The position numbers and the translations under genes are program-made. From NCBI GenBank assembly GCA_947624545.1, contig CANQKV010000002.1, forward strand, positions 1 to 53,692: a DNA stretch of 53,692 bases, written 5' to 3'. This DNA comes from an uncultured Alphaproteobacteria bacterium (GTDB lineage: Bacteria; Pseudomonadota; Alphaproteobacteria; CAAHEQ01; UBA3637). Below are positions 16,606 through 26,621 of the stretch, in pieces. Below the pieces are notes generated by a model. That model was not told the DNA's origin and searched no databases. It worked only from the letters and a program-made list of their open reading frames with translations. Positions within the stretch are counted from its first letter, which is position 1. Each line of letters starts with the position of its first letter.

Positions 16606-18537
16606 ATGGAAATGATAGAAGTGACTTTACCGGATGAATCGAAATTGTCATTTAATGCCGGTGTAAATGCGGCTGATGTTGCGCAAAAAATCAGTGAAGG
16701 CTTGGCAAAAAATGCCGTTGCCGCCAAAGTAAACGGCGTATTAACCGATTTAACAACCCCTCTTTATGAAAATGCAACAATTTCTATTCTTACAAGCAAA
16801 AACGAGGAAGCGTTAAATATATTGCGTCATACGGCGGCGCATATTTTGGCGCATGCCGTCACCCGTTTGTATCCGCAAGCGCAGGTAACCATCGGTCCTG
16901 CCATTGAAAACGGTTTTTATTATGACTTTTTCGGTATTATCGTACGCGAAGCCGATTTGCCGAAAATTGAAGCGGAAATGCAAAAAATCGTGTCTGCCGA
17001 TTATCCGATTACCCGTCGGGTTGTTTCACGAGCGGAAGCAGCGCGCATTTTTACCGAACGAAATGAAAAATACAAGCTGGAAATTTTAAACGATATGCCG
17101 ACGGATATAACCGAAGTATCGCTGTATCAGCAAGATGATTACATTGAGCTTTGTCGCGGTCCGCATTTGCCCTCGACAGGAAAGTTGGGCAAAGCGTTTA
17201 AATTAACGAAAGTTGCAGCGGCATATTGGCGCGGCGACAGTAAGCGTGAATCGTTGCAACGCATTTACGGTACGGCGTTTTTCTCGGAAAAAGATTTAAA
17301 AGCCTATTTCACCATGTTGGAAGAAGCCGAAAAACGCGATCACCGTAAACTGGGCAAGGAAATGGATTTATTTCATTTTGAAGAATATGCGCCCGGTGAT
17401 GTTTTTTGGCACGAACGCGGGTGGACATTTTTCCAAACACTGATTGAATATATGCGCAAGCGTCAAAAAGCGGTGGGTTATGAAGAAGTCAACACACCGC
17501 AAATTATGAATCGTGTGTTATGGGAAACCTCGGGGCATTGGAAGTGGTATAAAGATAATATGTTCACAACCACGATTGAAGAAAAAGAGTTTGCCATTAA
17601 GCCGATGAATTGCCCGGGTTCGGTGTTAATTTTCAAGCAGGGCATTACCAGTTATCGTGATTTACCGCGCTATATCGGCGAATTCGGACGGGTTCATCGG
17701 TATGAAGCGTCAGGCGCTTTGCACGGATTGTTACGCGTTCGGGCATTTACGCAAGATGATGCTCATATTTTCTGCACACCCGAGCAATTAAAAACCGAAT
17801 TGCAAAAAGTAGTGCAGTTAATGGTCAGCATTTACAAAGATTTCGGTTTAACGGATATGACCATTAAATTATCCACACGACCGGATGAACGAATCGGATC
17901 CGATGAGATTTGGGATTTGTTGGAAAGCGCGTTGGCGGATTCATTAACGGAAATCGGATATAAATATACGCTGAATCCGGGCGACGGCGCATTTTACGGT
18001 CCGAAACTCGACTTTAAGTTCCGTGACGCTATCGGTCGGGAATGGCAATTAGGCACATTGCAGGCTGATTTGAATTTGCCCGAACGGTTTGATATATCTT
18101 ATATCGGGGAAGACGGCGAAAAACATCGTCCGATTATGCTTCATCGGGCTTTGTTCGGTTCGTTAGAGCGCTTTACGGGTGTGTTTTTGGAAAATACGGC
18201 GGGACATTTGCCGTTCTGGTTGGCACCGGTGCAAGCGGTTGTTTTGCCGATTACGGATGAGCAGGCGGAATATGCGCATGAAATTAAGCATAAGTTATCG
18301 GTGGCGGGCATTCGCGTGATTGAAGATTGTCGTAACGAAAAAATCAGTTATAAAGTGCGCGAGCATTCATTGACAAAAATACCGGTTCAACTGGTTGTCG
18401 GCAAGAAAGAAATGGCGGATCAAACGGTTACCGTTCGGCGGTTAGGTTCCGACAAGCAGGAAGTTTTACCGCTTCAAGAGGCAATACGGCAATTTAAATT
18501 GGAAGCCCGAATGCCGAGCATTGAATACGAAGATTAA
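16606..18537 (+). CDS. thrS: Threonine--tRNA ligase
   Basis: The 643-aa ORF has a TGS domain at the N-terminus, the editing-domain motif 'HTAAHILAHAV', a class II core ('FRVHRYEASGALHGLLRVRAFTQDDAHIF') and an anticodon-binding C-terminus. Confidence 0.97.
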   Translation: MEMIEVTLPDESKLSFNAGVNAADVAQKISEGLAKNAVAAKVNGVLTDLTTPLYENATISILTSKNEEALNILRHTAAHILAHAVTRLYPQAQVTIGPAIENGFYYDFFGIIVREADLPKIEAEMQKIVSADYPITRRVVSRAEAARIFTERNEKYKLEILNDMPTDITEVSLYQQDDYIELCRGPHLPSTGKLGKAFKLTKVAAAYWRGDSKRESLQRIYGTAFFSEKDLKAYFTMLEEAEKRDHRKLGKEMDLFHFEEYAPGDVFWHERGWTFFQTLIEYMRKRQKAVGYEEVNTPQIMNRVLWETSGHWKWYKDNMFTTTIEEKEFAIKPMNCPGSVLIFKQGITSYRDLPRYIGEFGRVHRYEASGALHGLLRVRAFTQDDAHIFCTPEQLKTELQKVVQLMVSIYKDFGLTDMTIKLSTRPDERIGSDEIWDLLESALADSLTEIGYKYTLNPGDGAFYGPKLDFKFRDAIGREWQLGTLQADLNLPERFDISYIGEDGEKHRPIMLHRALFGSLERFTGVFLENTAGHLPFWLAPVQAVVLPITDEQAEYAHEIKHKLSVAGIRVIEDCRNEKISYKVREHSLTKIPVQLVVGKKEMADQTVTVRRLGSDKQEVLPLQEAIRQFKLEARMPSIEYED

Positions 18538-18550
18538 ACAGCATTGATTA

Positions 18551-18589
18551 AAAAAAAGCGAATCTGTTTTAAAGCAGATTCGTTTTTTT
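18551..18589. terminator. Bidirectional rho-independent terminator (thrS / KpsS-like gene); left edge of the polysaccharide island
   Basis: The A7 run (18551-18557), the stem cgaatctg (18559-18566) paired with cagattcg (18575-18582), and the T7 run (18583-18589) form the terminator. Confidence 0.65.
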
Positions 18590-18608
18590 AATCTTCATTT
18601 TGTAAGTA

Positions 18609-19871
18609 TTATTTTTCAGATGATCGATAAGCGATAAATCGATTGATAATTTCTTCTACGGTTAAGTTTTCTTTACTCATATCGCCGATAAATTTCAGAT
18701 ACGGAAAAAAGAAAGCGGAATCGTTTGCTTTTTCATGAGAAAACAGATAATAATTCAAAAAGAAATTCCGTATTTTTCCGATATTGGTTTGATAAGTTTT
18801 GTAATTAAAATGTCCTCTTAAATAATTTTCCAACGTGGGGAAAACGTGTTTTGCTTTATAAACGGCATCGCCTAACACGATAACGGGTTTATCATAAAAC
18901 AGGGCTTCAAAACCACTGGATGAATTAACTGTTATCACAACATCGGCTAATTGAAACAGGGTAGAGTTTTCAATGTTTTTATCTTTATGCGTCAGCCAGA
19001 CGACATTTTCAAAATTAAGTGCATAAAGTTTAGCTTCAAAATTGGCATTTTCCGAACCTTTGCGAAGATTTGAAGCCGGATGCTCTTTAATTAAACAAAC
19101 ATAATCTTTTTTGCAGAGCAAAGGCAAGATTTTTTCCAAAACGGCTTTTACGCTTTCAAAGGGAGAATAATGAACTTGATTTGCATCATCATAAAGTTGT
19201 AATGAGATAAGTGCTACTTTTTTATTGCCGATTTTATTTAATATTTGCGTTGCATTTAAATAGGAAAATTTGGATTCATATGCCTGTGAATTAATACCGC
19301 CACTCAATAAAAAATCGTCTTGAACATTTGTTGCGGGTATATTTTTAAAATCGGCAATATCGGATTTTGATAAAGCGGAGCTGCCGTTTACACCCCACGG
19401 ATCAGCCACCAACGAATCCAAGAAAGGAGCGCGCGAACAACCTAATTCCATATTAATAAAACCGATTTTTAATTCTTTTGCTGCTTGTTTGACAGCAAAA
19501 TTTGTTCCCCAACAAACAATATAATCAAACTTTTGGCGATGATAAATTTGTTTAATGAGTTTTGTATATTGACGAGATAAATCGGTATCTTCCATTAATT
19601 CTTCCCATTTTTCAATTCCGCCGTTATCCCATTCTGTCAGACAGGATTCGAAAAATTCATATTCTTTTTTGGTCGGCAAAATAAAGTTTTCTTCCCAATT
19701 TTTGTGCCTTTTGCTGTATTCAAGAAGTGTTTCCCGATTTCCGTAAATATAAAAGCGATGTTCGGTTTTATTGTCATCCAATGCTTTGGCAAAATTATCC
19801 AATATGGTAAAAAAATGCGTAAACATATTTCGAATGGGATGAGGTTCCACGTAAAATAAAAATGATGACAT
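18609..19871 (-). CDS. Capsule polysaccharide biosynthesis protein, KpsS/KpsC-like (Capsule_synth family), copy 1
   Basis: 'VALISLQLYDDANQVHYSPF', 'CLIKEHPAS' and 'VITVNSSSGFEALFYDKPVIVLGDAVY' match the conserved blocks I recall for the KpsS/KpsC beta-Kdo transferase family. It is a paralogue of 30133-31386. Confidence 0.6.
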   Translation of the reverse strand: MSSFLFYVEPHPIRNMFTHFFTILDNFAKALDDNKTEHRFYIYGNRETLLEYSKRHKNWEENFILPTKKEYEFFESCLTEWDNGGIEKWEELMEDTDLSRQYTKLIKQIYHRQKFDYIVCWGTNFAVKQAAKELKIGFINMELGCSRAPFLDSLVADPWGVNGSSALSKSDIADFKNIPATNVQDDFLLSGGINSQAYESKFSYLNATQILNKIGNKKVALISLQLYDDANQVHYSPFESVKAVLEKILPLLCKKDYVCLIKEHPASNLRKGSENANFEAKLYALNFENVVWLTHKDKNIENSTLFQLADVVITVNSSSGFEALFYDKPVIVLGDAVYKAKHVFPTLENYLRGHFNYKTYQTNIGKIRNFFLNYYLFSHEKANDSAFFFPYLKFIGDMSKENLTVEEIINRFIAYRSSEK

Positions 19872-19872
19872 A

Positions 19873-22437
19873 TTAAAACTCCGTATGATTAAAAATATTT
19901 TTAATTTCGTTCATAAAAGTAACTGTTGAGCAATTATTCAGAACATAATCAAAATTGTGTTTAATGTTTTCTTGAATGTTAATTTGATGTCTGCTTAAAA
20001 CGGCATTTTCCCACTCTTGCGGAGTAGAGCAAAGGGTTATGGCAGCTTTTCGAATACGCGTCATATCTTCAATCGGTGTTGCAAATAAAGTTGCTCCCGC
20101 AACGGAACTTTCCAAAAATTTCACGTTTGATTTGCAGTTATTAAAGCGAGACGGCATTTCTAACGGTGCCAGTGTGAAAGCTGTCGCTGACATTGAATTA
20201 AATAAATGCCAATAATCCACAACGTTGTGAAAGAAAACCCGATTTGTTTTTTGAAGCTTTTCAGATGCCGTTAAAACTCCGAAAATCAATAATTTTAAAT
20301 TTTTATCTTTTTCCAAGCATGATAATAAAACATCTTCAATCGATTCAAAATCCAAATTATGTGAAAGTGTTCCCGTGCAGTACATTAATAAATTTTTATC
20401 TTTCGGTTGATTGCGTGCTTGAATTTTTTGAGATATGTTCATAATACTTTCGGGAATAAAATTATGAACGACAAAAACCTTTGCGTGCGGATGAACATTT
20501 AAAACTTCTTTTTTCAATCCCTCCGTTGAGACGGAAACAAAGTTAAACTCCAAAAGCGCTTCTAAATTACATTGAAAAGCAGCTGTTATTTGTTTTAACG
20601 GTAATTTTGAATTTTTATATAAAGATGATTGAATAGCTGCTTCTTGATTTCCGAAAATCAAATCATCGTAATCGGCAATAACAATTTTTCCCAGATTTTT
20701 TAAAATACGAATAATATTTGTTTCAGCTTTGCAGGGACGGTGAAAAATATAAATATCGTAATAATAAGATAAAGCGTTTAAAAAGTTTGTATGTGGCGTA
20801 ATGGTTACGAACGCTCCTTGCGCCGATAAAGCTTCTGCAGGATGATAACACCGATAGCGAACGGAACCGTCTCCGATGGGGCGTCTTACCTGTTGAGTGG
20901 TGGATATATAACAAACTTTTATATTTTTCCAATCCCCTTTTTTTATGCGTTCAATAAGCCGTTTTCGGTTGGCTTTGGATTCCAAAATTTGAAAATCGTC
21001 AATATCTGTCAGTTTGCCGTTGTTTTGGTAAATACTGTTATATTTGCGTTTTTCCATAATTTTATTTAATTTATCAACAAATTCGGTATGTTTTTGTTCT
21101 TCGCCTTTTATATCTCGAATATTGTAAGATAAATGCAATCGCCAATACGTTAGTTTTTTATCTATAAAATAAATTCGATTTTGATAACAAATTTGTCGCC
21201 AGAGCCACCAATCTAAAGCTGTTTTTTTAGGCACATCAAGGAAATTGCATGTGCGAAGCAGCGACGATGCGACACAACAAGCCGAAAAAGTTAAAATATA
21301 ATTTGAAAGGGTAAATTTTTCATCGGAAATTAACCCGTTTTGAGAAATAATTTCCTGTTTTCGGTGGTAGATAACCTTTGCCATATCGAAACATCGTTCT
21401 TTGTTGCCGAAAGTTTCAACATCGTTGACAATAATTTGAACATTTTTTCCCGAATTGATTTTGTTGTTAACAGCTTCCAAATGAGCAGGATCCCAATAAT
21501 CATCGCTTTCGCAAAAGGCAATATACTCTCCTTTTGATTTTGTTAATCCGAGATAAACTGTTTCGGGAAGTCCTTTGTTTTCGCCTTTTTTGTGTTGATA
21601 TAAATGAATAAAAGAATATTTTTTAACATATTTTTTAATCACTTTAACACTGTTGTCGGTTGAACCGTCATCAACAACAATTACTTCAAAATTTGTATAG
21701 GTTTGATTGACTAAACTGTCTAATGTTTTTTTAATGTAATCTTGATAGTTATAACTTGCCACAATAACCGAGAAAAAATGATTGATTGCACATAACGGCT
21801 TTTCTTCTTTTTCAACCCATGTTCTGCCCTCTTTTTTGCCGTGTTTTTCATAGTGCAGAAGCGGATTCATCTTTGCTCTTGCCACATCGGGATTTAATCG
21901 CAAATAGGCTTTTCCGTCGAAAACAGGCGTGCAAAGACGATTTTCTTTCCAACCGACGGTTAAGTAATGTTTAATCGGATCAAGTCCGGCTGCCGCGACA
22001 TCGGGATTTTGTGCCAAATACCATTTTTTATCAAAAAAAGTTGATTTTAATATCAGTTGATAATTTTCATCAACGGGTATTTTTGTTTCTTTTTGTGACG
22101 ATGTTTCAGGTAAATTCAACCACGAGCGCCCTTCTTCTTTACCGCTTTTTTCATAATGCAGAAGCGGATTTATCTTCGCTTTCGCCACATCGGGATTTAA
22201 CCGCAAATAAGCGTTTCCGTCAAATGTTGCGCATGGTTTTTTCCCTTCTTTCCAGCCGTATTTTAAATAATGTTCGGCAGCGTTTTTGGCTTTTCCCTTT
22301 GCTTCGGGATATGTTGTAAAATACCATTTTTCATTCATAAACGGAGAGTTTTGAAGAATTAGAATATTTTTCTTTTCCGCTTTTTTTTGATGGATGAATT
22401 TTATTAAATAAAGTGCTTTATCCATTATTTTTGACAT
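19873..22437 (-). CDS. Multidomain glycosyltransferase: 33-aa shared leader, 2 'HYLxxGWxEGR' repeat modules, GT2 domain, C-terminal GT-B-like domain
   Basis: The GT2 domain is 'FSVIVASYNYQDYIKKTLDSLVNQTYTNFEVIVVDDGSTDNS' with 'CESDDYWD'. The C-terminal ~350 aa are homologous to the C-terminus of the 28235-30130 product ('RYRCYHPAEAL...IFHRPC...IADYDDLIF...VHNFIPES...PKDKNL'). The SD 'aggag' is upstream. Confidence 0.8.
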   Translation of the reverse strand: MSKIMDKALYLIKFIHQKKAEKKNILILQNSPFMNEKWYFTTYPEAKGKAKNAAEHYLKYGWKEGKKPCATFDGNAYLRLNPDVAKAKINPLLHYEKSGKEEGRSWLNLPETSSQKETKIPVDENYQLILKSTFFDKKWYLAQNPDVAAAGLDPIKHYLTVGWKENRLCTPVFDGKAYLRLNPDVARAKMNPLLHYEKHGKKEGRTWVEKEEKPLCAINHFFSVIVASYNYQDYIKKTLDSLVNQTYTNFEVIVVDDGSTDNSVKVIKKYVKKYSFIHLYQHKKGENKGLPETVYLGLTKSKGEYIAFCESDDYWDPAHLEAVNNKINSGKNVQIIVNDVETFGNKERCFDMAKVIYHRKQEIISQNGLISDEKFTLSNYILTFSACCVASSLLRTCNFLDVPKKTALDWWLWRQICYQNRIYFIDKKLTYWRLHLSYNIRDIKGEEQKHTEFVDKLNKIMEKRKYNSIYQNNGKLTDIDDFQILESKANRKRLIERIKKGDWKNIKVCYISTTQQVRRPIGDGSVRYRCYHPAEALSAQGAFVTITPHTNFLNALSYYYDIYIFHRPCKAETNIIRILKNLGKIVIADYDDLIFGNQEAAIQSSLYKNSKLPLKQITAAFQCNLEALLEFNFVSVSTEGLKKEVLNVHPHAKVFVVHNFIPESIMNISQKIQARNQPKDKNLLMYCTGTLSHNLDFESIEDVLLSCLEKDKNLKLLIFGVLTASEKLQKTNRVFFHNVVDYWHLFNSMSATAFTLAPLEMPSRFNNCKSNVKFLESSVAGATLFATPIEDMTRIRKAAITLCSTPQEWENAVLSRHQINIQENIKHNFDYVLNNCSTVTFMNEIKNIFNHTEF

Positions 22438-22540
22438 GATAAATAAACTCCTGCTTTGGAAAAAATAACATATTTGACAGCGTGTTTTTGTTGTTATCCG
22501 TTCAATGATTCGTTAATGCTTTTTGCACCAAATAAACGTT
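22339..22540 (-). repeat. Left copy of a 202-bp perfect inverted repeat (103-nt leader plus the first 33 codons of the 854-aa GT gene)
   Basis: By manual base-by-base comparison, the reverse complement of 22339-22540 is identical to 28132-28333. Confidence 0.92.
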
Positions 22541-22557
22541 CGTTTAATTGGGACAGT
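22533..22557. repeat. Left arm of a 25-bp perfect inverted repeat flanking the promoter spacer
   Basis: taaacgttcgtttaattgggacagt is the exact reverse complement of 22684-22708. Its first 8 nt overlap the inner end of the 202-bp repeat. Confidence 0.9.
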
Positions 22558-22648
22558 GAAAAAATTAAAGAAAAAATTGGAGCGTTTTATTTTGTTTAAT
22601 AAAAAAACTATATTTTTCATTACATTAGAATATAAATATAATTTTAAC

Positions 22649-22676
22649 TTGACTTATTATTTTTATTCGTTATAAT
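22649..22676 (+). promoter_or_regulatory. Near-consensus sigma-70-type promoter facing the 1261-aa gene
   Basis: TTGACT (22649-22654), a 16-nt spacer and TATAAT (22671-22676). The predicted TSS is about 22683-22685, at the first bases of the right 25-bp arm. Confidence 0.6.
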
Positions 22677-22683
22677 GCTGAAA

Positions 22684-22708
22684 ACTGTCCCAATTAAACG
22701 AACGTTTA
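22684..22708. repeat. Right arm of the 25-bp perfect inverted repeat, at the start of the 1261-aa gene leader
   Basis: actgtcccaattaaacgaacgttta is the reverse complement of 22533-22557. A degenerate third copy matching 22 of 28 nt lies at 28112-28139. Confidence 0.9.
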
Positions 22709-22729
22709 AATGAAGCAATGGAGAATTAA

Positions 22730-25700
22730 ATGCCGCTGTTAAAAACAAACGAGAAATCAGATTATGAATTATTAAATACTTCCAAGTATTTTGATAAAAA
22801 GTGGTATTTAAATCGCTATCCCGATGTGGCAAAAGCGGGGAAAGATCCGATTGAACATTATTTGAAATACGGCTGGAAAGAGGGGCGAAACCCCGGTTTA
22901 AAATTTAACTCAAATGCTTATTATCAATTAAATAAAGATGTTAATCGGAACGAAAATCCTTTGCTTCATTATTTAAAATACGGTCAATATGAAAGGCGAA
23001 AAATAAAACCCGTTGTTTCATTTTTTGAGCGGCTGTTTGTTAAAAAAACGGCGATGCAGTTATCTGATTACGATTTAATTAAAAAATCAAAATATTTTAA
23101 TGCCAAATGGTATTTAAAAACATATGCCGACGTGGCAAAAGCGGGGAAAGACCCGATTGAACATTATTTAAAATACGGCTGGAAAGAGGGGCGGAATCCG
23201 AGTAACAAGTTTTCAACGAATTCATATCTTTCTTTATATCATGATGTTAAAAAAGCAGGTGTTAATCCGCTGGTTCACTATTTAAAAAGAGGGCGTGCCG
23301 AGGGGCGCTTGAACGTTTTGCCTCTTGAACAAAAAGATATTGATAAATATAGAAAAAAATATCTGCGTTATCCACATGATGACTTTAAGAAAGTTTTTCT
23401 TTTATCGCATGAATTAACTTATACGGGTGCGCCGTTATCTTTGCTTCAAGCGGCAAAATGTTATCAATCACTGGGGTACAAAGTTACTTTATTAAGTTAT
23501 AAAGACGGTGAATTAAAAAAAGAATTTAAACAAAACAATATTAAAGTTTATATTTACAATCAAAAAGACAACAAAAAAATTGTTAAAATTGCCCTTAAAA
23601 GCGATTTTGTAATTGTCAATACGTTGGTTCCTTATCAAATGTTTGAAGTTTTGGCAAAAATTATGCCGACAATGTGGTGGGTCAGAGAAAGTGCGGCTTT
23701 ACCGGAAGCAAATGAGGATATGAAATCGGTTTTGAAAAACGCCTCAAATGTTTATGCTATGTCCCCTTATTCAAGAGATGAATTTTTAAAATATAATTCA
23801 AAAACAGCTATTTTAAAGCATGGAATTGAAGATTTATATGAAAACGTGCCAATCGATTCGAAAAACATTGTTTTTGCATTGATTGGAACAATCGGGGAAA
23901 GAAAAGGGCAAGATATTTTTATTGAAGCCGTAAAAAAATTGCCGAAAGAATTAAGGGAAAAAGCAAAGTTTTATATTGTCGGACATCCCGTTCAGAAAAA
24001 GTTTTACGAAGAAGTTAAAAAGCAAGCACAAGGCATTGACGAAATTGTTTTTAAAGAACCCATTTCCGACTTTAAGGAAATGATTAAATTTTACGAAAAT
24101 ATTTCCTGCGTTGTCGTGCCGTCGCGAGATGAACCGACATCACGCGTTGTTATTGAAGCCTATATGATGGGACGACCTGCCGTTGTATCGGATCATGTCG
24201 GAGCCAAATATTTGATTGATAACGAGAAAAACGGTTTTATTTTTCCATCGGGCAATGCCGATGAATTGGCGAAAAAATTAGAAAATTTTATTAAGAATTT
24301 TGATCAATTATATGAAAAAATGGGAAAGGCGGCACGAGAGGCATATTTAAAAAACAATACCATTTCTCTTTTGATGAAAAATCTTGAACTTGCGGCACAA
24401 AATTTGAAAAAAACAACTTTGCCGACTCCTCAAAAAACAAAATCGAAAAGTGATTATGAAATTATTGCGCAATCGAAATATTTTGATAAAGATTATTATT
24501 TAAAAACATACCCCGAGGTGGCAAAAGCGAAAATTGACCCGATAAAACATTATTTGGAAATCGGTTGGAAAGAATTTAAAAATCCCAGTGAAAAGTTTAA
24601 TACAAAAAATTATTTATATACATATCAAGATGTTTTACGGGCAAACAGAAATCCGTTATTGCATTGGGAAAAAAACGGAAAACATGAACTGCGGGAAGCG
24701 GAATTAAAGTGCATCAAAAACGGGAAATATTATGAAAATCTGCCTTTTTGGAAATATAAGGAAGAATTGGAATTGTGGTATAAATCAAGGGCGAAAAAGG
24801 AGATTGATTTAAATAATCCCCAAACATACAACGAAAAACTGCAATGGTTGAAATTGTACGATGCCAGACCGGAAAAAACAATGTTGGCAGATAAATATGA
24901 AGTAAGGGAATGGATTAAAAAGAAAATAGGAGAAGAATATTTAATACCGCTGATAGGCGTATATGAAAAATTTGATGATATAGATATTGAGAAGCTGCCG
25001 AAAAAGTTTGTCATGAAATGCACGCACGGGAGCGGTTGGAATATCATCGTGAAAGACAAAGAAGAATTCAATATAGCAGAAGCGCGGGAAAAAATGGAAC
25101 GCTGGCTGAATTCAAATTTTGCATATTCCTGCGGATTTGAATTGCAATATAAAAATATGAAACCGCGGATTATCATAGAAGAATATATGGATGACGGAAG
25201 CGGTGATTTACGGGATTATAAATTCACCTGTTTTAACGGAAAAGTCGATTTTATATGGGTTGACAGTGACAGACATACAAAACACAGAAGAACTTTATAT
25301 AGCACAAAATGGGAAAAGTTACCGTATAAAATGGGAACTCAATATGAAGCGGATGAACCCGTAGAAAAGCCGAAAGAATTATCAAAAATGCTCTCATTCG
25401 CCGCCCGACTCAGTAAGGGGTTTGCGTATGCGCGAGTTGATTTTTATGTCATCAACAATAAAGTGTATTTCGGGGAATTGACTTTTACTTCTACTTCTGG
25501 TATTGATGTTGCCGAGCCAAAATCGTTTGAGCGGCACTTGTTTCAAGCATTAAAGTTACCTCGAAAAGCCTACGATTTATCCCGACAACAATATTGTCGG
25601 GTATCAGAGGCTTATCCGCAACCGCACATTGATGTTACGGCTATTCAAAATCAACCGGAACAAAAATCTAAATCCGATTTAACCCTTTCTATCGTTATTC

Positions 25701-26515
25701 CTATCTACAATGCTTTGTCGGATGTTAAAAAATGTTTGTTCAGTTTAAACCGCGCTCATCTTCTTCCCTCAACGGAAATTTTTCTGATTGATGATTGTTC
25801 CGATACTCAAACTCAAAATTATTTGCTTTCTTTCGTTAATAAATTTAAAAAATTTCAATATGTTCGTAATCCCGTCAATTCAGGATTTATCATTTCCAGT
25901 AATAAAGGAATTGATCTTGCTCATAATGATATTGTCGTTATTTTAAACAGTGATACAAAAGTTCCGCGGGGGTTTGATGCTTTAATATCCGCTTGTTTCA
26001 TTGCCCATCCGCGCGTTGCCGTTGCTTCGCCACTCTCTACGCATTCCGGTCTTTTCTCTATTCCCGAACGCCCGCACTCCAAGCTCGATTCTATTCAGAA
26101 ATTATTGAATGATAATGTTAAACCGACTTATCCCTTAATTACACCCGAAGGATTTTGTCTTTGTTTAAATAAACGTATTATAAATAAAATAGGCAAACTC
26201 GATGAAATTTACGGATTCGGTTACTCCGAGGAAGATGATTTGATTTTAAGGGCGCTTTCAAAAGGGTATAAAACGGTTTTAATAGATAATTTAATTGTAT
26301 ATCATAAATCTCATGCTTCGTTTACCAGTGAAAGAAGATTAAAAATTTTAGAAAAAAACAGAAGAATTTTCAGGCAAAGATGGGGAAATCTGCAAGCTGA
26401 AACACGACAAGCCATGAATATGATGAATATTGTGAAAACAATCAATGACAATGTCAATCGGTTAATTGATAATAAGGAAAACCATGTTCGTTTCAAAAGT
26501 AAAAAAAGCAGGTAA
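22730..26515 (+). CDS. 1261-aa fusion enzyme: 2 repeat modules, GT4 domain, repeat module, TupA-like ATP-grasp domain, GT2 domain
   Basis: The GT4 domain is 'SRDEPTSRVVIEAYMMGRPAVVSDHVGAKYLIDNEKNGFIF'. The ATP-grasp TupA-like blocks are 'YNEKLQWLKLYD', 'FVMKCTHGSGWNIIV', 'DYKFTCFNGKVDFIWV' and 'RVDFYVINNKVYFGELTFTSTSG'. The GT2 domain is 'LSIVIPIYNALSDVKKCLFSLN...IFLIDDCSD...ILNSDT'. The SD 'ggaga' lies 6 nt upstream. Confidence 0.8.
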   Translation: MPLLKTNEKSDYELLNTSKYFDKKWYLNRYPDVAKAGKDPIEHYLKYGWKEGRNPGLKFNSNAYYQLNKDVNRNENPLLHYLKYGQYERRKIKPVVSFFERLFVKKTAMQLSDYDLIKKSKYFNAKWYLKTYADVAKAGKDPIEHYLKYGWKEGRNPSNKFSTNSYLSLYHDVKKAGVNPLVHYLKRGRAEGRLNVLPLEQKDIDKYRKKYLRYPHDDFKKVFLLSHELTYTGAPLSLLQAAKCYQSLGYKVTLLSYKDGELKKEFKQNNIKVYIYNQKDNKKIVKIALKSDFVIVNTLVPYQMFEVLAKIMPTMWWVRESAALPEANEDMKSVLKNASNVYAMSPYSRDEFLKYNSKTAILKHGIEDLYENVPIDSKNIVFALIGTIGERKGQDIFIEAVKKLPKELREKAKFYIVGHPVQKKFYEEVKKQAQGIDEIVFKEPISDFKEMIKFYENISCVVVPSRDEPTSRVVIEAYMMGRPAVVSDHVGAKYLIDNEKNGFIFPSGNADELAKKLENFIKNFDQLYEKMGKAAREAYLKNNTISLLMKNLELAAQNLKKTTLPTPQKTKSKSDYEIIAQSKYFDKDYYLKTYPEVAKAKIDPIKHYLEIGWKEFKNPSEKFNTKNYLYTYQDVLRANRNPLLHWEKNGKHELREAELKCIKNGKYYENLPFWKYKEELELWYKSRAKKEIDLNNPQTYNEKLQWLKLYDARPEKTMLADKYEVREWIKKKIGEEYLIPLIGVYEKFDDIDIEKLPKKFVMKCTHGSGWNIIVKDKEEFNIAEAREKMERWLNSNFAYSCGFELQYKNMKPRIIIEEYMDDGSGDLRDYKFTCFNGKVDFIWVDSDRHTKHRRTLYSTKWEKLPYKMGTQYEADEPVEKPKELSKMLSFAARLSKGFAYARVDFYVINNKVYFGELTFTSTSGIDVAEPKSFERHLFQALKLPRKAYDLSRQQYCRVSEAYPQPHIDVTAIQNQPEQKSKSDLTLSIVIPIYNALSDVKKCLFSLNRAHLLPSTEIFLIDDCSDTQTQNYLLSFVNKFKKFQYVRNPVNSGFIISSNKGIDLAHNDIVVILNSDTKVPRGFDALISACFIAHPRVAVASPLSTHSGLFSIPERPHSKLDSIQKLLNDNVKPTYPLITPEGFCLCLNKRIINKIGKLDEIYGFGYSEEDDLILRALSKGYKTVLIDNLIVYHKSHASFTSERRLKILEKNRRIFRQRWGNLQAETRQAMNMMNIVKTINDNVNRLIDNKENHVRFKSKKSR

Positions 26516-26621
26516 ATATTTTTTCATCGATGAGCCGAAACGTTGAAATATGTTCGGAAAATCAAGGCGTAAAATTGTAATCTCCGAATTTAATTTTTAA
26601 TTATGAATGAAAGGAATCAAT

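Noticed and set aside
22644-22832. Antisense ORF 'MPHRDSDLNTTFYQNTWKYLIIHNL...' with a near-identical paralogue at 28539-28772 (-); the conservation looked like evidence for a real small gene family.
   Set aside because: Both lie exactly antisense to the repeated 'YELLNTSKYFDKKWYL..YPDVAKAG' coding modules. The similarity is fully explained by the sense-strand DNA repeats. There is no RBS, and the first one would span the promoter region.
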